56,159 bases of DNA from an uncultured Alphaproteobacteria bacterium (GTDB lineage Bacteria; Pseudomonadota; Alphaproteobacteria; RF32; CAG-239): the NCBI GenBank assembly GCA_945835885.1, contig CAMAJR010000003.1:1-56159 (forward strand). Direction: 5' to 3'. Position 1 is the first letter of the stretch; each line of letters begins with the position of its first letter. Shown here piece after piece: positions 18,241-26,090 of this stretch. The notes under the pieces were generated by a model, which saw only the letters and a program-made list of their open reading frames with translations, was not told the origin of the DNA and made no database searches. The position numbers and the translations under genes were made by a program.

Positions 18241-18867
18241 ATGGATATTGATTCGGAATTGCAAAAATACGATGTTTCACGTGAAACAATCGAAAAATTA
18301 GAAGCGTTTGCCGCACTTCTGCGTGAGTGGAATGCCAAAATGAATTTAGTGAGCAAAAATTCATTAGAAGATGTGTGGATACGCCATATTTTAGATTCGT
18401 TGCAAATAATACGATATATTCCAAAAACGACGGAAACTTTGCTTGACATTGGCAGCGGGGCCGGTTTTCCGGCTGTTGTATTGGCAATCGTTATGCAAGA
18501 AAAATTGCCGACGGCACATTCAATTTTGGTGGAGAGTATTACCAAAAAAACGGTGTATTTAAACGATGTATGCATTAAACTTGGCTTAAAGAACGTGCAT
18601 ATCGAAAATAATCGTGTTGAAAATTTAAGACTAAAGAATATCAATGTTATCACGGCACGCGCGGTTGCGGCGTTAGATGTTTTGTGCGATTATGCAGGCG
18701 GATTGGGTAATAAAAATACAAAATGTCTGTTCCTAAAAGGCAGAACATATCAAGAGGAGTTGCAAAAAGCGTGCGAAAAATGGCACTTTGACTGTATAAC
18801 GCATCAAAACATTTACTGTGATGACGGGGTTTTATTGGAAATCAGTAATTTAAGGAAACGCAGATGA
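18241..18867 (+). CDS. rsmG: 16S rRNA m7G527 methyltransferase RsmG (GidB)
   Basis: WNAKMNLVS, RHILDS, LDIGSGAGFP, TARAVA, LKG; upstream of parA. Confidence 0.95.
   Translation: MDIDSELQKYDVSRETIEKLEAFAALLREWNAKMNLVSKNSLEDVWIRHILDSLQIIRYIPKTTETLLDIGSGAGFPAVVLAIVMQEKLPTAHSILVESITKKTVYLNDVCIKLGLKNVHIENNRVENLRLKNINVITARAVAALDVLCDYAGGLGNKNTKCLFLKGRTYQEELQKACEKWHFDCITHQNIYCDDGVLLEISNLRKRR
18273..18288. promoter_or_regulatory. parS site, inside rsmG
   Basis: Perfect palindrome TGTTTCACGTGAAACA (encodes VSRET). Confidence 0.88.
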
Positions 18868-19631
18868 AAATAATTTCGATTGCAAATCGCAAAGGCGGTG
18901 TCGGCAAAACAACGACAACAATAAATATTGCTACGGCCTTATCGGCCATCAACAAAAAAGTGTTGGTTATTGATTTTGATCCGCAAGGTAATGCGACAAC
19001 ATCTCTCGGTATCGAAAAGAAAAAAGGTCAGGCATCTTCTTACAATGTTTTAATCGGGACATGTCCGGCTAAAGAGGCGATTGTTGCCACAAATTTGCCG
19101 CGGTTTGATTTGATACCGTCGTCGCCGGATTTGGCTGCTGCCGAAATTGAATTGGTTGATTTGTCCGAACGTGAATTTGTTTTGAAAAAATCTTTGATGA
19201 AGTTGCAAGCTGACTATGATTATATTCTGATTGATTGTCCGCCGTCTTTGAATTTGATTACCATTAATGCGTTGGTCAGTGCAAATTCTGTGATTGTTCC
19301 GCTTCAATGTGAGTTTTTGGCTCTTGAAGGTTTGGCGGATTTGGTTAAAAACATCAATGCCATAAAGCGCAATTTTAATCCGAATTTGGCGTTACAGGGC
19401 ATTATTTTGACAATGTTCAGCAAACAAAACAATTTAAGCAAAATGATTGAAGCCGATGTGCGTAAATATTTCGGGGACAAAGTGTATCAAACGGTTATTC
19501 CGCGTTGCGTGCGTATTGCGGAGGCACCGTCATTCGGTAAGCCGATTTTGGTCTATGACTTTAAGAGCACCGGTGCGCAAGCATATTTGCAATTAGCAAA
19601 AGAATTTTTACAACGTGAAAGGGAACTGTAA
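18864..19631 (+). CDS. parA: chromosome partitioning ATPase ParA
   Basis: NRKGGVGKTTT, DFDPQGNAT, DCPPSL, PLQCEFLALEG, EAPSFG. Confidence 0.96.
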   Translation: MKIISIANRKGGVGKTTTTINIATALSAINKKVLVIDFDPQGNATTSLGIEKKKGQASSYNVLIGTCPAKEAIVATNLPRFDLIPSSPDLAAAEIELVDLSEREFVLKKSLMKLQADYDYILIDCPPSLNLITINALVSANSVIVPLQCEFLALEGLADLVKNINAIKRNFNPNLALQGIILTMFSKQNNLSKMIEADVRKYFGDKVYQTVIPRCVRIAEAPSFGKPILVYDFKSTGAQAYLQLAKEFLQREREL

Positions 19632-20528
19632 ATGACCGCAGGCAACAAAAATTTTGGATTGGGAAAAGGAATCGGCGCTTTATTGGGAGATGATGCCGAT
19701 ATCTTGCTTGATGATAATAAAGTGGTTGATAGTTTTGTAAAAAACACTGTATTTAAAGACGAGGGTGTCAGCGAAATGCGTGTTGATGATATGTCGCCTT
19801 ATACATTTCAGCCGCGTATGGTTTTTGATGAAGAAAGTTTGAAATCTCTCAGTGATTCAATAAAAGAAAAAGGTGTTTTGCAGCCGTTACTGGTGCGTAA
19901 AAAGGGAGAACGTTACGAAATTATTGCCGGCGAACGTCGGTGGCGTGCGGCACGAATGGCTGGCTTGAATAAAGTGCCGGTAATCGTTAAAGAGCTGTCG
20001 GACCAAGAAACTTTGGAAATTGCCTTAATCGAGAATTTGCAACGCGAAAATTTGTCGGCTATTGAGGAGGCTGAGGGCTTGAACCGGCTGATGCAGGATT
20101 ATGACTATACACAAGATACACTCGGTAAGGTTATCGGCAAATCGCGCAGTTATATTGCCAACAGTTTACGCTTACTGAGTTTGCCGGAAGAAGTGCGTTT
20201 GCTTGTTTGCAATAACAAGCTTTCGGCCGGCCACGCACGCGCATTGGTCGGGTTGCCGAATGCAAACGACTTGGCGCAAAAAATAATTGACAAAGGTTTA
20301 AGCGTTCGCCAAACCGAGCAATTGGTTGCCGATTTAAAGAATCCGAAACCGGAAGTAAAATTGAAACCGGTGGATTTTGACTTGCAAAAAATAATGGCTG
20401 ATTTAGAAAAGAAATTACGCCTAAAAGTCAAAATAAATGCTGGAAAAAACGGAAAAGGAAGTGTAACATTAAAATACAACAGTCCGGCGGAGCTCAGCTC
20501 TATTCTGGATATTTTGGAACAACGTTGA
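19632..20528 (+). CDS. parB: chromosome partitioning protein ParB
   Basis: GLGKGIGALL, QPR, GVLQPLLVR, IIAGERRWRAA, ENLQRENL, HTH GKSRSYIANSLRLL. Confidence 0.96.
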   Translation: MTAGNKNFGLGKGIGALLGDDADILLDDNKVVDSFVKNTVFKDEGVSEMRVDDMSPYTFQPRMVFDEESLKSLSDSIKEKGVLQPLLVRKKGERYEIIAGERRWRAARMAGLNKVPVIVKELSDQETLEIALIENLQRENLSAIEEAEGLNRLMQDYDYTQDTLGKVIGKSRSYIANSLRLLSLPEEVRLLVCNNKLSAGHARALVGLPNANDLAQKIIDKGLSVRQTEQLVADLKNPKPEVKLKPVDFDLQKIMADLEKKLRLKVKINAGKNGKGSVTLKYNSPAELSSILDILEQR

Positions 20529-20554
20529 TTTGAACTATTGAAAGGAAAGAACAA

Positions 20555-20800
20555 ATGCCTACGATTTTGGAAATGATGTTGGAAAATTGTAAAAACGCCG
20601 GATATTATCCGACACCGAACATCGAAAAAATTGCCAAAGCAAAAAATATGATGTTTGGTGAAGGTGAATGGCGCCGTTGTCCGTGTGACGGTCAAAATGA
20701 AGCGAGATATTGCATTTCGGATTTATGTCGCAGCGATATTGAACGCGACGGAATTTGCCATTGCCATTGTTATCAAAAAGTTTCGGGCGACAATAAATAG
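20555..20800 (+). CDS. ferredoxin:thioredoxin reductase catalytic-subunit-like small Fe-S protein
   Basis: CPC...CIS..C..DI...G.CHC pattern, 81 aa, AAGGA RBS. Confidence 0.7.
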   Translation: MPTILEMMLENCKNAGYYPTPNIEKIAKAKNMMFGEGEWRRCPCDGQNEARYCISDLCRSDIERDGICHCHCYQKVSGDNK

Positions 20801-20827
20801 CGACATTTTTATTGCCGAAAGATATAA

Positions 20828-23800
20828 ATGCGTGACCCGAAATTTATACACCTGAGAGTTCATACCGCCTATTCTTTGGCTTTAGGCGCCATAACCGTTA
20901 AGAAGTTAGTGGCGCATCTGAAAGAGCTTGGCGTTCCGGCTTGTGCCATAACCGACCGCGGTAATTTGTTCGGCGGTAAAGCATTTTCCAAAATCGCTTC
21001 CGATGAAGGTGTGAAACCGATTTTGGGTGCAGAACTCAGCTTGCATAATGATGATTCGGAAAATATTGCAATTTCTAAAGGGCAGGAACTGGAGCCGCAA
21101 CGCATTATCCTGTTGGTAAAAAATGCCGAGGGCTACGCATCGTTGATGAAATTGTTTCATCGCTACTATCTTGACAATATGGAACACAGCACATATCCGC
21201 AGATAAATATGTCGGATTTGCGCAATTACGGTAAGGGACTCATTTGTCTGACCGGCGGCTATGAAGGGCCGCTCGGACAGCTTATTTTAAAAAATCGAAA
21301 AGCAGACGCTGAAAAAAAATTGCTTGAACTCAAAGAAATTTTTGGCGACCGTTTGTATATGGAAATATCCCGTGTCGGTTATGATGAAGAAGAAGCAACG
21401 GAGCCGACGTTTTTGGAGTTGGCTTACAAGCACAATGTGCCGCTTGTGGCAACCAATGATGTGTTCTTTTGGGACGAAAGTATGTATGAGGCGCACGATG
21501 CGCTTATTTGTATTGCCGCCGGTGAATATGTTGATAATACCGACCGTCGCAAATATTTGCCGACTAATTGCTGGCGCAACGAAAATGAAATGGTTGAGCT
21601 GTTTAAGGATATACCGGAAGCTGTTGAAAATACGGTAAAAATTGCAGAAAGATGTAACTATCTTTCTAAAAAAGTTGAACCGTTGTTGCCGATTTTTGTT
21701 TGTCCTGACGGCAAAACGCAAGATGAATTTATTACCGAAGAGGCCTATAAAGGTTTGCACGAGCGTATGAAGGCGCAGGTCTATACACCTGAAATGACGC
21801 CGGAGAAACGTGCGGAAATCGATGAAGAATATTACGCTCGTTTGGAATACGAACTGAGCGTTATCAAAAAAATGGGGTTTCCGGGCTATTTTCTTATCGT
21901 ATCGGATTTTATTCGCTGGTCTAAAACTCATGGCGTGCCGATTGGACCGGGGCGCGGTTCGGGTGCCGGTTCGATTGTGGCATGGTCTCTCAAAATTACT
22001 GATTTGGACCCGATTCGGTTAGATTTGTTGTTTGAACGCTTTTTGAATCCTGAACGTGTGAATATGCCGGATTTTGACGTTGATTTGTGTCAGGAAAATC
22101 GTCATAAAACCATTGAATATGTGCAAGAAAAATACGGTCATGAAAAAGTTGCGCAAATTATTACATACGGCAAACTGCAATCTAAAGCCGTAATTCGCGA
22201 TGTGGCGCGTGTGTTGCAAATGTCTTACAGTCAGGCAGACCGCATTTCTAAAATGATTCCGCCGGGCTCTGGCGGTAAAAATCCGACATTGCCCGAAGCT
22301 CTTGAACTTGTGCCGGAGTTGCGTGAAATGCGCGATAAAGATCCGGCGATTAACAAATTATTTGAAATAGCCATTCAATTAGAAGGGCTTTATCGTAACT
22401 CCGGCATGCACGCAGCGGGCGTTGTTATCGGAGATCGGCCATTAGACGAACTTGTGCCGTTATATAAAGACCCGCGCGCAGAAATGCCGGTAACACAATA
22501 TGATATGCAATATGTTGAAGAAACCGGTTTAATTAAATTTGACTTTTTGGGGCTTAAAACGCTGACGGTGATTGAACGCGCGGTTGAATGGGTGAAAAAG
22601 ATTCACGGTATTGAATTGCAAATGGCAGAAGTGCCTCTCGATGACGCAGATACATACAAGATTTTGCAAGAAGGTAACACCAGCGCTGTGTTCCAATTTG
22701 AATCGGCCGGTATGCGCGATGTTATGAAGCAAATAAAGCCGGACCGCTTCGAAGATTTAATCGCCGTCATTTCGCTCTATCGTCCGGGACCGATGGCGAA
22801 TATTCCGACTTTTATCAATCGCAAACACGGACTTGAAAAAATAGAATATCTGCATTCGGATTTGGCACCGATTCTTGATGAAACATACGGGATTATGGTA
22901 TATCAGGAACAAGTGATGAAAATTGCTCAGGTCTTGGGCGGATATACGCTCGGCGGTGCCGACAAGTTGCGTAAGGTTATGGGCAAGAAAAAAGTAGAAG
23001 AGATTCCGCATCAACGTGAACTGTTTTTGGAAGGGGCCTCCAAAAAAGGCATTAAACCGGAAATTTCAGGTGCGATTTTTGACCAAATGGCCAAGTTTGC
23101 CGAATACGGATTTAATAAATCGCACGCCGCGGCATATTCGCTGATTTCATATCAAACAGCGTATTTAAAGGCGCATTACCCGATAGAATTTATGTGCGCG
23201 GTAATGGATTTTGATATGACAAATACGGATAAAATTTCCTTTTATACCGATGAAGTTCGCAAAATGGGATTCAAGGTATTGTTGCCCGATATAAATCACT
23301 CGGACGCTTTGTTTAAAGTTGAAGACGGCAATATTCGTTTTGCTCTTGCCGGCATCAAAGGGGTCGGCGAGGCGAATATGAACGCAATCGTGGAAGAACG
23401 GGAGAAGAACGGTGTATTTAAAAGTGTTTCGGACTTTATTCATCGCACCGATATCAAACAAATCAATCGCAAACAGCTTGAACAACTGATTAAAGCCGGT
23501 GCGTTTGATTGTTTGGACGACAATCGCGGCAAATTATACGCTAATATTGATAACATATTACGCCATATTGCGGCAGCGTGCGAATTGAAAAACAGTGCTC
23601 AGACATCTTTATTCGGGGCACAGGAACTTGTTACGGAAGTAAAGTTGGAACCCAAAGCCAATTGGCCGGAATTAGAACGTTTGCAGTATGAGGCGGAAGC
23701 AATCGGCTTCTACCTTTCGGCGCACCCGCTTGCCGTTTATGCCGACAGTGTCGAGCGCTTAGGTATTAAAAGTTATACCGAAGCCATAAAAGGCATTAAA

Positions 23801-24301
23801 ACAGGCGATAAAATTCAAGTTAATTTGGCCGGGTGCGTGCAAGATTTGCAAAAGCGTATCGGTAAAACCGGAAAAAGTTACGGCATTTTGCGCGTTACAG
23901 ATATTACATCTGCGTTTGACGGCTTTGTGTGGAGTGATGTTTTGCCGCAAGCCATTGCTGCCAAAGAGGCCGGAATACCGGTATTCTTAAAAGCGCGAAT
24001 TGAAAAAAAAGACGAAGAATCACCGCTTCGCATCAATTTTGATGCCGTTAAAACTCTTGATGCCGAAATTACGGAAAATTCAAAGGGCTTGATTATAGAA
24101 GTCGCTGATGTTGCGGCGGTTCGACCGATTCGGGAACTTTTGGCACACGAGCATTACGGCACAAATAAAATTTTTATAAAACCGCAACTTGAAGATTGGG
24201 AAGTTCGCATTCAGCTCAAGGGAACATATGCGCTTGATAACGGTGAATTGATGACAAATATCCGAGGTATCAGCGGCGTTATGGTTGTAAAGGAGATATA
24301 A
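20828..24301 (+). CDS. dnaE: DNA polymerase III alpha subunit
   Basis: FIHLRVHTAYSL, GPGRGSGAGS, ERVNMPDFDVD, HAAGVVI, KFDFLGL, YGFNKSHAAAY. Confidence 0.98.
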   Translation: MRDPKFIHLRVHTAYSLALGAITVKKLVAHLKELGVPACAITDRGNLFGGKAFSKIASDEGVKPILGAELSLHNDDSENIAISKGQELEPQRIILLVKNAEGYASLMKLFHRYYLDNMEHSTYPQINMSDLRNYGKGLICLTGGYEGPLGQLILKNRKADAEKKLLELKEIFGDRLYMEISRVGYDEEEATEPTFLELAYKHNVPLVATNDVFFWDESMYEAHDALICIAAGEYVDNTDRRKYLPTNCWRNENEMVELFKDIPEAVENTVKIAERCNYLSKKVEPLLPIFVCPDGKTQDEFITEEAYKGLHERMKAQVYTPEMTPEKRAEIDEEYYARLEYELSVIKKMGFPGYFLIVSDFIRWSKTHGVPIGPGRGSGAGSIVAWSLKITDLDPIRLDLLFERFLNPERVNMPDFDVDLCQENRHKTIEYVQEKYGHEKVAQIITYGKLQSKAVIRDVARVLQMSYSQADRISKMIPPGSGGKNPTLPEALELVPELREMRDKDPAINKLFEIAIQLEGLYRNSGMHAAGVVIGDRPLDELVPLYKDPRAEMPVTQYDMQYVEETGLIKFDFLGLKTLTVIERAVEWVKKIHGIELQMAEVPLDDADTYKILQEGNTSAVFQFESAGMRDVMKQIKPDRFEDLIAVISLYRPGPMANIPTFINRKHGLEKIEYLHSDLAPILDETYGIMVYQEQVMKIAQVLGGYTLGGADKLRKVMGKKKVEEIPHQRELFLEGASKKGIKPEISGAIFDQMAKFAEYGFNKSHAAAYSLISYQTAYLKAHYPIEFMCAVMDFDMTNTDKISFYTDEVRKMGFKVLLPDINHSDALFKVEDGNIRFALAGIKGVGEANMNAIVEEREKNGVFKSVSDFIHRTDIKQINRKQLEQLIKAGAFDCLDDNRGKLYANIDNILRHIAAACELKNSAQTSLFGAQELVTEVKLEPKANWPELERLQYEAEAIGFYLSAHPLAVYADSVERLGIKSYTEAIKGIKTGDKIQVNLAGCVQDLQKRIGKTGKSYGILRVTDITSAFDGFVWSDVLPQAIAAKEAGIPVFLKARIEKKDEESPLRINFDAVKTLDAEITENSKGLIIEVADVAAVRPIRELLAHEHYGTNKIFIKPQLEDWEVRIQLKGTYALDNGELMTNIRGISGVMVVKEI

Positions 24302-25267
24302 ATGAGAAGGGCAAATAAATACGGAATTATCAGGGTTGTAAGTCGCTGGTTGGACTTGTTGCCGCAAATTTTGGTGTCTTGGCGTGTTTTATTTGGGTAT
24401 GCTGCCGCTTTGACCGTTTTGAGTGCCGTATTAAGTCGCTGGTCCTATACTTGTGCCGAAAAAATAAACGGCTACTGGTGCTTTTTGTCGGAGAACAACG
24501 GCGAATGGTGGCTTGGCTCGGTGTTGCTGTGGACGGTCGGCGCATTTTATCTTTATTGTCTGTTTGCCGGTGATTTCTATGATAATATTTTAAGCCGTCG
24601 AAAATTCAGGATAACGGATATTTTTGCCGTATCAAAGCAACGTTTGCGGTCGGTCGGTATGTTTTTTGCTTGTCTTTTGTGTATGATAATTCCGTGCATT
24701 ATCCTGATTTATATTTTGAATCCGATGAAATTACCGACGTGGCACACTTCAAATCCGGATTGGCGTATTGAACTTATTTATTTTACGATTGCATTTGTTT
24801 GTATGTCAATTCCGCTTATTATAATGCGTTGCGGCGGTGGTATAGCGTATTTTTTTAACGAAGGGCATATTCCGTTTCGCAAAGTGTATGATTTGACATT
24901 CAACCGGACTTATGTCGGTATTTTCAGCTTTTTGCTGTTAACTTTGCTGTGCGTTAATTTGCAAATGGGCGTTATGCGTTATTTTATGAAACTTGAAAAC
25001 AGTTATAATCTTTTAACAACCGCTGTTGTAACCGAATTTTGTAATAACGTGATGCTTTTATTTTATATTTCGCTGTTTTTGTTACTGTTTCAGGCAGAAT
25101 ATCTGGTTTTGAAAGAAAAGGAAGAATGTGATAAACTGCAAATCATTACCGAGCCGGAAGAAAAAGACGAGCCGGCAAAAGAAATAATCGGTAAATCAAA
25201 AAAATCGGCCAAGAAAAAGAAATCGCAACGTAAAGCAAAAAAGATTACGGAAAAAAACGGAGATTGA
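24302..25267 (+). CDS. hypothetical multi-pass membrane protein
   Basis: About 6 hydrophobic segments, Lys-rich C-terminal tail, abuts the dnaE stop. Confidence 0.75.
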   Translation: MRRANKYGIIRVVSRWLDLLPQILVSWRVLFGYAAALTVLSAVLSRWSYTCAEKINGYWCFLSENNGEWWLGSVLLWTVGAFYLYCLFAGDFYDNILSRRKFRITDIFAVSKQRLRSVGMFFACLLCMIIPCIILIYILNPMKLPTWHTSNPDWRIELIYFTIAFVCMSIPLIIMRCGGGIAYFFNEGHIPFRKVYDLTFNRTYVGIFSFLLLTLLCVNLQMGVMRYFMKLENSYNLLTTAVVTEFCNNVMLLFYISLFLLLFQAEYLVLKEKEECDKLQIITEPEEKDEPAKEIIGKSKKSAKKKKSQRKAKKITEKNGD

Positions 25268-25268
25268 T

Positions 25269-25970
25269 ATGAAAAAAGGAATATTCTGCATATTAGCGGC
25301 AGTAATGCTGAACTTTAACGCTCTTGCCGATTTTCAAACAGGAAATACGGAAGAATTGGAGCGGCAAATCACGGAAGGGTTAGATGTTAATGCGCGCGAT
25401 GAAAACGGGGATACGCTGCTTTTTTGGTTTTTGAAAAACGGCGACAGTATCAAACCGCTAAAAATCTTGATTGATGCCGGTGCTGATGTTAATGCACCGT
25501 CTTCGGCGCACGGTATGACGCCGTTGGTGTATGCAACAACCTTGACGGACAAAATGCAAATGAAAGCAAAAGCGCGCTTTCCGGTTGCTTACGGACAAAC
25601 GGGGAGTGATCGTCAGGTTGCGCGTGCGAATATTAAAAAAAGCACTCAAGAGGGTATGGAATATGCTTTGGCAGTGATTAAACTTTTGATTGAATCCGGT
25701 GCCGATGTCAATCAGGAAACACCATTCGGTACGCCGCTGATGAGTGCTTCCGCAAGTGACTTAAATGCCGATATCGTTGATTATCTTCTAAAGGCCGGTG
25801 CCGATGTTAATCAGCGTGATCGCAACGGACGCACGGCGCTGTTTTATGCAGCGGCACATAATTGCAGAACGGTAACGATACAGCTTTTGGCGGCAAATGC
25901 CGATATTAACATCAAAGACAATGACGGTAAAATGTATATGGATGTAACGGCAGAAGAATTGCATAAATAA
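25269..25970 (+). CDS. exported ankyrin-repeat protein
   Basis: Signal peptide (MKK...ALA) and repeated GADVN..D..G.TPL/TAL motifs. Confidence 0.9.
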   Translation: MKKGIFCILAAVMLNFNALADFQTGNTEELERQITEGLDVNARDENGDTLLFWFLKNGDSIKPLKILIDAGADVNAPSSAHGMTPLVYATTLTDKMQMKAKARFPVAYGQTGSDRQVARANIKKSTQEGMEYALAVIKLLIESGADVNQETPFGTPLMSASASDLNADIVDYLLKAGADVNQRDRNGRTALFYAAAHNCRTVTIQLLAANADINIKDNDGKMYMDVTAEELHK

Positions 25971-25971
25971 A

Positions 25972-25980
25972 TTATCCACA
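25972..25980 (+). promoter_or_regulatory. single DnaA box
   Basis: Perfect TTATCCACA in the intergenic region upstream of hppA; may be chance. Confidence 0.35.
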
Positions 25981-26013
25981 CTAAACAAAAATATAGTGAA
26001 AATTTTGTTTTTA

Positions 26014-26069
26014 TGATTTAAGATACACACAGCCGGTCGGCAAGGGAGAACTTGTTAGGCCAAAAATCA
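26014..26069 (+). ncRNA. candidate cis-regulatory leader (Na+-I/DUF1646 riboswitch-like)
   Basis: tgattt/aaatca outer stem; agccggt-c-ggcaag-ggagaa-cttgtt-aggcc inner hairpin; GC-rich patch just before the hppA RBS. Confidence 0.35.
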
Positions 26070-26090
26070 ATTTTAAAAAAGGAATAAAAA

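Noticed and set aside
20828-24301. Intein or split in dnaE
   Set aside because: Length (1157 aa) and motif spacing are ordinary; no intein termini seen.
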